Below, in pieces: positions 47,101-54,902 of a stretch of DNA of 64,000 nt (position 1 is the stretch's first letter; the number at the start of each line of letters is the position of its first letter). Under the pieces are notes generated by a model, which was given only the letters and a program-made list of their open reading frames with translations, was not told the origin of the DNA and did not search any database. Position numbers and translations under genes: made by a program. Origin of the DNA: a virus (lineage: Duplodnaviria; Caudoviricetes); IMG/VR virus record IMGVR_UViG_3300021387_001083, positions 1-64,000 of that record. One strand, written 5' to 3'.

Positions 47101-50024
47101 TTTGAAAACAACAAATTGTTACGAATGGTTCCTCCATTGTGTAAAGTTACAAGTGTTTCCCAAGAATCTCTACTTAATAATCCACTGTTTATTAATCTAT
47201 TATATAAATCCTCATTAAACGGAAACTCAGCAATGGCGTTGATATCAATCAATTTATTCTCATCTTGTTTGACAATATTAAGTGCTGTTAACAAAGGATT
47301 CATAAAATGCCTTTCTCTACTTATAGTACCAAGAGTTTTGTTTACACCTGTCGAACTATTGTCAAGAAGTCCCCAATTTCTCCAATCGTCCATTGCTTTT
47401 CTAAAGTCACTTTCAACATATTTCAAGACTTCTTGTTTTATGATGTTTTTCAAATCGGTATTCGAAAAGTCTTCTTTAGCGTCCTTTATAAGATTTATGA
47501 TATGATATTCTCCATTATCGTCTTTTACATTCAAACCAGGGAAAAACCTGAAAGAATCTCCAGTCTTATCATAACTTGCTATAAGATCTTTGTCTTGCAA
47601 CACGCCTTCTTTGACAAGTCTGGCTCTTTCTCTGACTTCCATTATACGATTATATTCCTGCTTGATGATATTTACGAATTTATCAAGAATCTTATCTTGC
47701 GCAGTACCGTTTTCATCAGATAAATATTTCGGCAAAGTCATAACATAACCAAATCCTGCTTCAGCTGGTAAAGGTAAATAATATCTTGCCCAGTTTGATT
47801 CAGTTTCACCGTCAAAAGTCCTATATTGTGCTATCTGTGATATAGCAGCTTCCCTATCTCCGTAAGTTTCAAAATCTTTTGTTACACCACTGTTTTTTTG
47901 CTGCAATACAACGCCGATATCAAACATTTCCTTGAAGTCAGTGAGACAACGCCTCAAATCAGAATCATCGCCAACATTACCTTCCAGGAGTTTAAAAATA
48001 TCAATGTTCCATTCATTTGAATTCTTGTCATAAAACCAATCATATTTTTTATATTTTTCATTAATATAATAATCAAAGTAATTGGAATATCTGTCTTGAA
48101 ACCCTTCGGGAGCATTTTTATTTTTCATTTCCTGTCTTAATATACGCATAAGTCTAAAGATAAAGTTATCTTTTGCGTGTGCATATCTTGTTGTGTCTCC
48201 TTCTCTGATATTGGCTTCTATAGCGTTTTTCACAGAACTCTGTAAATATCTAGCTAACGTTCTATAACGTTTACCGAATTCATTTATAAGATCGAATCCT
48301 TCTTTATAAGCATTGATTTTATTTTCACCTATTGTATTTGCTATCGTAAAAATACTAGAACAAATGGCTTCGTAAGGATCGTATGTCTTGTAGTGAACTC
48401 TTTCTCCTTCTGCTATTTCTACAGGATTACCTTTTTTATCTATCGCATATATGTTTGTAAGTATGTTTTCAAGATCATCAGAATCAACATCGATACCTAG
48501 TGAATTTAACATGATAGTCATGTTCTTGAATAAAGGTTGCCCTTTCATTACAGAGTTACGTCTTGCTTCCAGCAATTCACGAGTTATGCCTTCTTTTTGT
48601 GCATTTTTATCGGAATATGTATTTAACGATGCCTGTAAAAGTTTTACGATTTTCTTTGCATTTTCAGGTATAATGCTACGGTCTTTGCCATATACAGACA
48701 TGTTTTCATCACCAATGACATCACCATTTTGATAATTGTTACGCCAAGTATCATATAAAGTTTTTATTGGCTCAGAATCATTAAGATTTTTTATACCAAT
48801 TTTAATAATTCCATTAGCATCAACATTTATAAGTTCTTTATGATATTTTATGAAAGCGCAACACATGTCGTTAAATAAAGCAGTGAATTTTTTACCGGCA
48901 TCTTGTTGGTCTTTGACATTAGGACTTTTAGTTTCTATTTCAGAAATCAATTGTTGAACCCAAGGGTAATATTTTTTCATTTCCTTTAATAATGGAAGCA
49001 TATCTGTGTCATCAACCATTGATGTCAACCAATTTATCAATGCTGTATGAGCTTCATTAAAATCAACAAAACGCGGGTTTCCAAGGTCGTCATATTTAAC
49101 ATTTCCGTTCTTGTCAACTTGATATATATTATCAAGCATAAGTCTTGTGATTTTCGATAAAGAAGCTTCGTTAGACACCTCAGAATAATGGTTCATCCAA
49201 TGGTCTTTCTGATGCATTCTTTCACTGTCATCTTTATTTGCGTAAGTATCTTCAATAGTATCGTCAGAATTGGAATCTGCTTGAACATCTTCCACATTAT
49301 CATTATTGATATCTATAGAGATATTCATACTCCAACGAATCATATTACATGCTTGTTCAGCAAGAGTCGTGAAGTTGTTTACTATTTTTACCTCTGCATC
49401 TTTTGCATAAAGAATTTTATTTCTGATTGCAGTTATTTCTTTCTCCGAAGGTTCTGTGATTTTAGAAGTTTCGGCTTCAACAAGTTTGTCAGTCTTTGTA
49501 ACGATATGACGTATCATTTTGGCTTTTATATCGTTGAAAATCGCACTTGGTCCACCTAACGATCTTATAGCCTCAGATACAGACATTCCTGGATTTTTTG
49601 CTTGTTCGTTGATAACTATTTTTTGAAATAATTTATATAAAGATGTAACTCGGTCCTGTCTTATGACAAACGGTATTTCTCTTCGTAAAGCTCTAAGGCG
49701 TTCTATTGCATCAGTAGATTCAGCTCTTAAACCAAACTTTGAAAAATCCACTTTCAGATAAGGTTCTGCAATCGTAAATTTCGGAAGTTTTGTGTCTTTC
49801 TTTAACAAATCTACAAGATAAGCCGTATTTGTGCGCTGTGCTTCAGTTGTGTTATGTGACTTTATAAAGTCTATTAATTCATCTTCTTTAGGAAAATCAT
49901 CCATTGTTTTCTTATTGTCTCTTTGCCATTGTACAATATATGCAGCAATGGCTCTATTAGGCAATTTTTTTGAAATTTTTGGATAATCTTTCAAATTGTT
50001 TATTCTTATACAATATGGTAACAT
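41181..50024 (-). CDS. crAss-like virion DNA-directed RNA polymerase (fused beta/beta'-like double-psi barrels) with C-terminal NADAR and SLOG domains
   Basis: 2947 aa. The catalytic GSDFDID (DFDID at 45054-45068) is preceded by GFRIPTE. The NADAR-like region is at about 42040-42605 and the SLOG-like region at about 41434-41930. Confidence 0.85.
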   Translation of the reverse strand: MLPYCIRINNLKDYPKISKKLPNRAIAAYIVQWQRDNKKTMDDFPKEDELIDFIKSHNTTEAQRTNTAYLVDLLKKDTKLPKFTIAEPYLKVDFSKFGLRAESTDAIERLRALRREIPFVIRQDRVTSLYKLFQKIVINEQAKNPGMSVSEAIRSLGGPSAIFNDIKAKMIRHIVTKTDKLVEAETSKITEPSEKEITAIRNKILYAKDAEVKIVNNFTTLAEQACNMIRWSMNISIDINNDNVEDVQADSNSDDTIEDTYANKDDSERMHQKDHWMNHYSEVSNEASLSKITRLMLDNIYQVDKNGNVKYDDLGNPRFVDFNEAHTALINWLTSMVDDTDMLPLLKEMKKYYPWVQQLISEIETKSPNVKDQQDAGKKFTALFNDMCCAFIKYHKELINVDANGIIKIGIKNLNDSEPIKTLYDTWRNNYQNGDVIGDENMSVYGKDRSIIPENAKKIVKLLQASLNTYSDKNAQKEGITRELLEARRNSVMKGQPLFKNMTIMLNSLGIDVDSDDLENILTNIYAIDKKGNPVEIAEGERVHYKTYDPYEAICSSIFTIANTIGENKINAYKEGFDLINEFGKRYRTLARYLQSSVKNAIEANIREGDTTRYAHAKDNFIFRLMRILRQEMKNKNAPEGFQDRYSNYFDYYINEKYKKYDWFYDKNSNEWNIDIFKLLEGNVGDDSDLRRCLTDFKEMFDIGVVLQQKNSGVTKDFETYGDREAAISQIAQYRTFDGETESNWARYYLPLPAEAGFGYVMTLPKYLSDENGTAQDKILDKFVNIIKQEYNRIMEVRERARLVKEGVLQDKDLIASYDKTGDSFRFFPGLNVKDDNGEYHIINLIKDAKEDFSNTDLKNIIKQEVLKYVESDFRKAMDDWRNWGLLDNSSTGVNKTLGTISRERHFMNPLLTALNIVKQDENKLIDINAIAEFPFNEDLYNRLINSGLLSRDSWETLVTLHNGGTIRNNLLFSNIENILYNFLEPYIVLNKDKTAYVLRNNIDYSNVNMDKITKIISVVRPALDYLGDLYQESESISNMINNAKDNINKTDPTTEAFREFFYNSMYAQAEMIELITGDLAFYKNLEEWIKRAKQFHAPGMRLNVNATWNGKKVSDGYQKAVFLKDSEKPSPSYEDIERTLNIYLKNPAERKLALSLYKGNNITDAQSFRKLSSYRKIAIMSNDWNEQKEESYQRFMKGEFDMQDFLTVYNAIKPYVYTDQDIAWTDAAGNEHHFKAPLQIKTSETVLLTMYAQLASMANTSPVLSALNEFGGDNVDVYVFSSAIKDGANHVIDLSSVEDTGDFNKTKKTIVSQLNNLVQADPKFVHTLDLHDYVIQTPNPEHLFDKTQLLGTQLTKLITADISDDTLVEIPGMSYFAGDSVNIFGVPVAFTIDKETGKKLLPFKDAKRLYHYVRTANIMMDFKAVKDEFTDIESLERLLKDQVMSSATFSPDLLEACTLVTDPETGEKYFNIPLGDPVQSRKVQSLLYSIIKNNVTKQQIDGGSAVQISAFGYDEELAIRFTNSKGELILNEKEFNENQSMKDKYKTFEAYKKSEEGSVTGNPKSHIAYAECYLPVYNSDLLQYLHTDENGILKIEDIPEEYRDELLNIVGFRIPTEDKFSMLPLKIKGFLPQSLGSSIILPADWVTISGSDFDIDHLYLMLPGLETLEDGQVRKIQYDFSKSALDQNEDFKKARKARNNIILDFVFGILTNSETMGKLLNPGGFNEQKKSARVVRLSENVPLDQIEALKEQFNVTSDEDLFKKIETLDLKELDKILDKYKTVDNPLSPVVWVKNHSRISSSGMMIGINADQSVNHALLQHTNVAIKPEFVYKIDEWENNSLHERIGAHDVVISKNVSEHVDSSVDDVKDPTLSDTNQNTFTADVAITNSRIGHDKYATNLLLTQPIVREMTKEYFDNLGNKSKESAITTVLYRWKNMLNEQDQKSFSFDKLKAGGYTWTKANMFHNKLQARRLELNQLNNEEHYKYIQDQVAMGELYYNIFKIAKVLGDIVKFCKADTSAGAAGPDIATTENRIAVARQILQDSEAKSYPLTGVRSIVRVNMLDRIMQLIDSNPDEVLSMFSDSPFPAIQASFTFGIESANVLFKDYFPEFNSQYPKLLDQLRSITKTGKLSPKLVNRFYRDSRLYVFTAFGGENNYYSSYTDIDGKVYEVGKKDPVTGKVLTKADILRKWVYDFPFKFKTMSMTMPELKNNMFTSRLRTFSETKSCNAPTINFMNVGHLNNRSKWIIGNYWGSLFESKDPKIRQLADELFFYAGLRTAWDFGPDTYIHLANTFTRESVNSDYIDCIRNMEKGNFNLSGFLEMFILNNLNERSLSPEVPIETFSNIASVNDKGKTVYNVEDKLFVDVKNVRGSGAEQLILRKGINRSENTYHPYITIVSNGENVYYKKNEDESDDETLVYDRINPLGIAKHILVYDAQSNPSELVDVIDTKYVAKKNNNKNNMKEPSKTEVINIYAGTGENVELSNFAERPFDFSSFTNDDFFDLKSEWEFLDSDGVEEFLASTSFDSVEQAFQAIKAAYARGYYINDESEEGRKNEEKCNEIIDKILASKNPSEIKKLGRTIPMGKVSYSSKTILEDWEAISSKTMEVLIEQSFRQNPQARQKLFETGYATLTHTQDKGKWGTEFPRILMEVRNRLMREYHHDPNQLVMNFEEFTSQPTSQEPTIAEPLFKEESSNGYRERTIKNAKADATIALAVDFNSAGERLTKKAVLENGKKYIPVNTNNPEITDKLVNSIVDQLNEVNAKSLNIAGNGIYTLKGKYTQEQVDEYVYNLLNRVLNHPNLKTKIETIRSGGQTGYDEAGIKAAMKLGIRSGILAPKGWKFRDINGRDISDEQAFKARFTTQQITSQAPQNISDPHEDTPEIKTTPTEVEENDADLEALYNERNALLSDYEANEDDESRNAIKIQLLAIDKEIEKSKNLCKN

Positions 50025-50044
50025 ATGCTTAAATTTTAAAGATG

Positions 50045-50052
50045 CAAAGATA
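50045..50052 (-). promoter_or_regulatory. Bacteroidota -7 element (TATCTTTG on the - strand) upstream of the RNAP gene
   Basis: CAAAGATA on the + strand at 50045-50052, 21 nt from the RNAP start codon. The -33 box is not clear. Confidence 0.6.
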
Positions 50053-50106
50053 CGAAGAATTTTTGAAATAAAAAAGTTAAAAAATGTAAAAATTTATACA
50101 CAACTG

Positions 50107-50156
50107 GAAAAAAATAGGAAAGTATATAGTAAATTGCTTTATTGTATACTTTCCTA
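50107..50156 (-). terminator. Long-stem terminator after HicA, insulating the RNAP unit
   Basis: The - strand reads TAGGAAAGTATA-CAATAAAGCAATTTACTA-TATACTTTCCTA followed by TTTTTTT. Confidence 0.7.
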
Positions 50157-50161
50157 ATTCT

Positions 50162-50344
50162 TTAAATGGATAGTCCGTGTTCTTTTATCAGTCTACGGGC
50201 TATCACGCTTCTAATATGTAAAGGCACACTTATATGATTACCATTATTACTGGTATATATTACATGACTACCTTTTTGTCTTGATTCTATGTAACCATTG
50301 TTTTTTAATAATTTAGAAAATTCTCTATATGTAAATTGTTGCAT
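50162..50344 (-). CDS. hicA: HicA-family (dsRBD-fold) mRNA interferase-like protein, without an adjacent HicB
   Basis: 60 aa: REFSKLLKNNGY.ESRQKGSHVIY...HISVPLH, with the canonical RQ.GSH catalytic motif. Confidence 0.75.
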   Translation of the reverse strand: MQQFTYREFSKLLKNNGYIESRQKGSHVIYTSNNGNHISVPLHIRSVIARRLIKEHGLSI

Positions 50345-50345
50345 G

Positions 50346-51449
50346 TTACTCGTTATTCGCAGCGAGGAACATGGGGCTTACAGCTTTAAAACTCAACTTA
50401 CCGTCCTGTGATCTGAATACCAAACCTTCTCTATTGCATTTATAGAGTTTTGATCTGCCGTTACTTAAACCGAGAATATCTTTTACGGTAAGATTTTTAA
50501 TTTCAATTCTTGGATAAATGACTGGTACAAATTCAATCTTGTCATTAAAACCAAAAAGTTTTGCAAAATCCATAGCTTCAAGGGTGCCAAGACGTTTGCC
50601 TGGGATCCTGATATTAAAAAGTTTTAATTCATAATCCTTCTTTGCATACTTGTTGCCTTGTATATTAGGACCTATACATTCGCCCTGAAAAGCAACGAAT
50701 TCCAAATCTTTACGTTTTTCAAGAATTGATTTCAGAATATTTTCTATGTCGTATTTTTCAGTGCATTTCCAGTAAGAAGAAGAATCTTTTATAGGTTTTC
50801 TGAAATTCCTGCTACATACATAAAATTCATAATGATCTTTGAACTGCCACCATCTCCTGGGTTTTCTTTCCAATGCGAATGTTCCTGACTGTCCATCCAC
50901 TTTTTCCGTAGCAGTCCATACTACATCTTCAGTTATGATATTAGGTATGTTTTGAATTCTTTCTTCATCAGTCTTGCTAATGAATTCAGGAAATTTGTTG
51001 CTGAATTTCTTCTTTATGATTTTTCTATACCACTTAAAGCGGTTAAGAAAATTACTTTTTGACACTGTTTGTTCAGTATCCTTATCCATTGGCGGTTCAT
51101 ACTGTGTTATATTGAGTAACGATGTCACATCATTGCCAATAGAAGCGTTATAATTCGTCGGCAATATTTCAATTGGCAACACCAAACCTTGAGAGAATAT
51201 TGTAGTACCATCTCCATCCTTGAACCGTTGTGTTTTAATTCTGTAATTGTACTTCTTAAGGAAGTCCCATTGTTCCGTTTGTGGAAAAACACTGTCTGGT
51301 TCACAAAAAATACACAAGTCTCCTTTTTTGAAGTTGTCTTTCTTGCTTACCATACAGGTCCATCCATCTACAGTGGCCATTTCAACTCTGTCTTTCCCCT
51401 TTATGGGATTTATTTCTGAAATGACTCTGATTGTCGCTAGTTTTCTCAT
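50346..51449 (-). CDS. RNA ligase, DRB0094/Rnl2-like family
   Basis: N-terminal MRKLATIRVI..I.PI.G.DRVE.A.VDGW; KTDEERIQN; nucleotidyltransferase motif I TEKVDGQS; FQGECIGPNIQGNKY; EGLVFR; SFKAVS. Confidence 0.85.
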   Translation of the reverse strand: MRKLATIRVISEINPIKGKDRVEMATVDGWTCMVSKKDNFKKGDLCIFCEPDSVFPQTEQWDFLKKYNYRIKTQRFKDGDGTTIFSQGLVLPIEILPTNYNASIGNDVTSLLNITQYEPPMDKDTEQTVSKSNFLNRFKWYRKIIKKKFSNKFPEFISKTDEERIQNIPNIITEDVVWTATEKVDGQSGTFALERKPRRWWQFKDHYEFYVCSRNFRKPIKDSSSYWKCTEKYDIENILKSILEKRKDLEFVAFQGECIGPNIQGNKYAKKDYELKLFNIRIPGKRLGTLEAMDFAKLFGFNDKIEFVPVIYPRIEIKNLTVKDILGLSNGRSKLYKCNREGLVFRSQDGKLSFKAVSPMFLAANNE

Positions 51450-51691
51450 TGTTTTAAATTTTGTTTAAGTTGGTTTATTTTGTCATTTATATACCAGGCG
51501 GCTTTTTGAAAATCTTCGAGCTCTTTTTGTTGCTCAGACATTGAAGCGTCTTCTTTATGTCCTGCTCGTAAAAGATATTTTATCGCATTACCGGTATCAA
51601 AATCCAAATGCCTGGTAATATCAATAACTTCAATGCCGCATTTCTCTTTTAACCAAGTATAATGTTTAGGATGATCTACATTATCATGCAT
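51446..51691 (-). CDS. DUF3310 family protein
   Basis: DNVDHPKHY...IEVIDI...F..GNAIKYLLRAGHK. Confidence 0.85.
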   Translation of the reverse strand: MHDNVDHPKHYTWLKEKCGIEVIDITRHLDFDTGNAIKYLLRAGHKEDASMSEQQKELEDFQKAAWYINDKINQLKQNLKQ

Positions 51692-51723
51692 ATCTAAAAT
51701 TAAATCTATAATTTAAGAAAAGT

Positions 51724-52539
51724 TTAAAGAATATCAAGTTCACCATCATCCGTTAATATATAACATCTTGCTGTATCAATACAAGTCACATTGGTATTGT
51801 ATGCTGTTAAAGCATTACCGAACTTATATTTTACTGAGCCTTCTTGATATTCTACATCCAGTTGCATTGTATGGCCAACTATTTGATCATACGGCAACAT
51901 ATATTCTGGATGTTGTACAAATTCATAATAATCTGCCCATATTACAGATCCATAGTCAGATGTACCACCTCTAGCACACGAAATCGTTTTCAAAATATCA
52001 CCAGCATCTTCTTTGGCGAAATTGTTACAAAAACATTCCAAAATATTATTAATGCTTGAACATATCAATTCGTCGTCAGGTGATATTGTTGTTTCAAATA
52101 TCGCATCGAGAGGTGAAATTCGATTGTTTGAATAAAAAATTTTTACTTTGTCAAACCAAGGTTTTGTAATTCCTGCATGAGATATTAAAAAATGTTTGTC
52201 TTTTGTTTTTACTGATGTACATAACTTGAATTTATATGTAGAAAACAAGTTTCTTAATGCAGCAGCATTAAGTGCATCTTTTCTACAATCACAAAATGAC
52301 GGGTCAGCAAAATAAGTCATATCGTGATTACCAAGTAACAACATTACATTTTTAAACGTATAAGCTGTACTTAAGATGTTTCTGAAATTAAGTAACGAAT
52401 CTCCAGTCAATATACCTTCATGTGGGTACGGATCATGATAATCTCCTAAAAATATTGTAGGTATCCCTCTTTTTATATAAGGTATTGCTTTTGTCCAAAA
52501 AGTTCTACCGTGAACATCAGGTATAAGAATTGTAGGCAT
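51724..52539 (-). CDS. Calcineurin-like metallophosphoesterase
   Basis: Motifs DVHG, GDYHD, GNHD, SHAG and QIVGHT. Confidence 0.85.
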   Translation of the reverse strand: MPTILIPDVHGRTFWTKAIPYIKRGIPTIFLGDYHDPYPHEGILTGDSLLNFRNILSTAYTFKNVMLLLGNHDMTYFADPSFCDCRKDALNAAALRNLFSTYKFKLCTSVKTKDKHFLISHAGITKPWFDKVKIFYSNNRISPLDAIFETTISPDDELICSSINNILECFCNNFAKEDAGDILKTISCARGGTSDYGSVIWADYYEFVQHPEYMLPYDQIVGHTMQLDVEYQEGSVKYKFGNALTAYNTNVTCIDTARCYILTDDGELDIL

Positions 52540-52540
52540 T

Positions 52541-52774
52541 TTAGTTAGAGTTTATTAAGTTTTCGACATCAGTATCTACGAAGAAAAAGCTTGAATGACT
52601 TCCGTAATCTATCATTGTTTGATTAGGAAGAGTCCCTATAAGTCTCATATAGGGACTTTCCACATTTCTTACTGCCAAAAAGTCATCTATAGCTTTAAAA
52701 ACTTCTTTTTTGTCATTCACATCTGTCTTTACAACAATTGTTTTATCAAATCTGTCTTTAAAAGTTATAGTCAT
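52541..52774 (-). CDS. Hypothetical protein
   Basis: 77-aa ORF abutting both neighbours (PYMRLIG...IDYGSHSSFF). Confidence 0.5.
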   Translation of the reverse strand: MTITFKDRFDKTIVVKTDVNDKKEVFKAIDDFLAVRNVESPYMRLIGTLPNQTMIDYGSHSSFFFVDTDVENLINSN

Positions 52775-54669
52775 TAGAATAGCGTTAATTGTATGTTTTC
52801 CAAATCATTTATTATTTTTTTACATTGTCCTATATAATACTGATAGTTAATGTTATCAGGCAATTTGTAATCTTTAGGTATAACATTCAACAACGTTACA
52901 CCAAAATTTGAATTGACTTTTATTTGTTTTCCGGTATCTTTATCACGTTTGATAAGAAAGTCTCCATTTGTAGAATAATAAAATCTGTTGATATGATTTA
53001 TATTCTGTTTGGTTCCAATATCTACAGCGAATTGTTTTCCTATTTTTTGATAAGATATAAAGTCATGTATGTCGTTGCATTCTTCTATCGTCTTTTCAAC
53101 AGGAATTCCATCTGCGAAATATTTTATCAACGCTTTTGGTATTATAAGACAATCGAGTCCTTTACCAAGTTGTGGATAATCGATAAACATACCTTTAGTT
53201 TCGATAAGATCTTGGTTTTTGGTTTCAGAATATCCTTTTTTTATTGCTATATAATCATTTACAGCGTATTGAATGAATTTTTCATACTGATCGTCTTCAA
53301 AAACAAGTCTGCTGATTTTTTCGAATTCTGTTTTAGTATTTTGATATTCAGTATATTTATCTTTTTTTAAAATCATATAAAGTCCGTCAGTATTATATTG
53401 AATTACCCTACAGTCTGTAGTATCTATCAAACGTTCTGCGAGCATTAACAATATAAGCTGACCATTCATTCGGATTCGCATTACGTCTTCAGGGCTATAT
53501 AACCAGCTATGTTGACTTTGCATAAGGCCTGTTACCGCATTTAATGCCAGTTTTAAGGTCTTGTCTTTCAATTTGTTACCATTATGTTTAGCTTCAATAC
53601 GTTCTTTTTTAATATTACTATAAGTCGTTAAAAACTCTTTACCTAAATGTTTTGGTATAAGCCCCCACTCAATCAACAATGTCGGATATAGCGACGCAGC
53701 GTCGACGTGAAGAAGATATTCATCATTTTTTGGTATTATTATTTCCGGAGTATTTTGGCTGTGTAAACCTCCGACACCAATAGATATGACTGTACCATGA
53801 AATAAAAATTTCTTGTTCCATCCATCTATTCCAGGACTTACAATCAGAGTTTTCATTTCTTTGAGAAGCTCTTGCAATACAGGTGTCTTAAACTCTACAA
53901 TAGGTAATATTACTTTATTGAGTTCAACCATGTCACAAGGACTTCTCAAATCTTTGATGTCATCCCAAGTTTTACCAGTATCTTGTAGATATTTTGTTTT
54001 AAGTATCTCTTTACCGATAGACACTCCATCCATAGAGAGTACATCAACACCATATTCTTCTTCAATACCAAGTCTTAAATCAATGTCTTTTTTACATCTG
54101 TCGAGTAATTCGACAGTGTTCATTACATCATGTAAATTATACTCAAGTACTCTGTCAATATCACTTTCTTTGACTGGTTTGTTGAAATCGCCTTCAAATT
54201 CATCAACATTTTCGACTTGCATTGTCACTTCCATCTCTTTCAGTCCTACCCTAAGTTTTGATGAAAACAACATTGTAAGTAAATCCATTGATTTGAAGTT
54301 GTTGGCATATTTCCATTTTTTCCAGCCATCAGTTGTTTCTGAATTAACTATCAAATTACTGAGATTAAAAATCTCTTTCGTTATGATTTTCCAATCATAA
54401 AAATCATTTTGCCAAACGTTAAATTTGTCAATGATGAAATTTATGATTGGATCGTCATAATGTTTGTTATTATACCCACACCATAGAAACTTCTTGCAAT
54501 CTATAAAACTGTATTTAATGTCTTTTAAAGTCTTATGATAATCAACTCTTTCAGATATTTCAAAAACAAGTTTTTGATTTCGTTCCGTATGATAACAGGT
54601 ACAGGTAAATAAATTAGGAAAACATTCTATATCATATACAACAACAGGTAAATTCTTAATTAACATCAA
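52774..54669 (-). CDS. DNA polymerase family B (crAss-like type)
   Basis: Exonuclease motifs YDIEC, GYNNKHYD and YNLHD; polymerase motifs DAASLYP, KLALNAVTG and YNTDG. Confidence 0.85.
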   Translation of the reverse strand: MMLIKNLPVVVYDIECFPNLFTCTCYHTERNQKLVFEISERVDYHKTLKDIKYSFIDCKKFLWCGYNNKHYDDPIINFIIDKFNVWQNDFYDWKIITKEIFNLSNLIVNSETTDGWKKWKYANNFKSMDLLTMLFSSKLRVGLKEMEVTMQVENVDEFEGDFNKPVKESDIDRVLEYNLHDVMNTVELLDRCKKDIDLRLGIEEEYGVDVLSMDGVSIGKEILKTKYLQDTGKTWDDIKDLRSPCDMVELNKVILPIVEFKTPVLQELLKEMKTLIVSPGIDGWNKKFLFHGTVISIGVGGLHSQNTPEIIIPKNDEYLLHVDAASLYPTLLIEWGLIPKHLGKEFLTTYSNIKKERIEAKHNGNKLKDKTLKLALNAVTGLMQSQHSWLYSPEDVMRIRMNGQLILLMLAERLIDTTDCRVIQYNTDGLYMILKKDKYTEYQNTKTEFEKISRLVFEDDQYEKFIQYAVNDYIAIKKGYSETKNQDLIETKGMFIDYPQLGKGLDCLIIPKALIKYFADGIPVEKTIEECNDIHDFISYQKIGKQFAVDIGTKQNINHINRFYYSTNGDFLIKRDKDTGKQIKVNSNFGVTLLNVIPKDYKLPDNINYQYYIGQCKKIINDLENIQLTLF

Positions 54670-54898
54670 TCTGTTCTTTAAGAATTAGAAATATTCTAGT
54701 ATGATGTTCAATTCCTTCACTTTCTTTAAATATAATGTCTTGAATCTTTAAAGTCGTATTCGGAATAGTTTCCCCTTGTACAAGAGTCGGTCCTCCTTTA
54801 GGATGCACAAAACGTAAACCATTTTCATTCTTGCCTCTTTTTACAAAAGACCAATCGTTGGTATACAACTCAAATACAAGAGATGTCCTGCCTTCCAT
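54656..54898 (-). CDS. Hypothetical protein (likely start ATG 54898)
   Basis: Begins MEGRTSLVFELY...FVHPKGGPTLVQG. Starting at 54898 removes the overlap with the protease gene. Confidence 0.5.
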   Translation of the reverse strand: MEGRTSLVFELYTNDWSFVKRGKNENGLRFVHPKGGPTLVQGETIPNTTLKIQDIIFKESEGIEHHTRIFLILKEQIDVN

Positions 54899-54902
54899 TG
54901 AT

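Noticed and set aside
52774-54669. Use of PolB rather than PolA as a novelty
   Set aside because: PolA/PolB swapping is already known among crAss-like phages.
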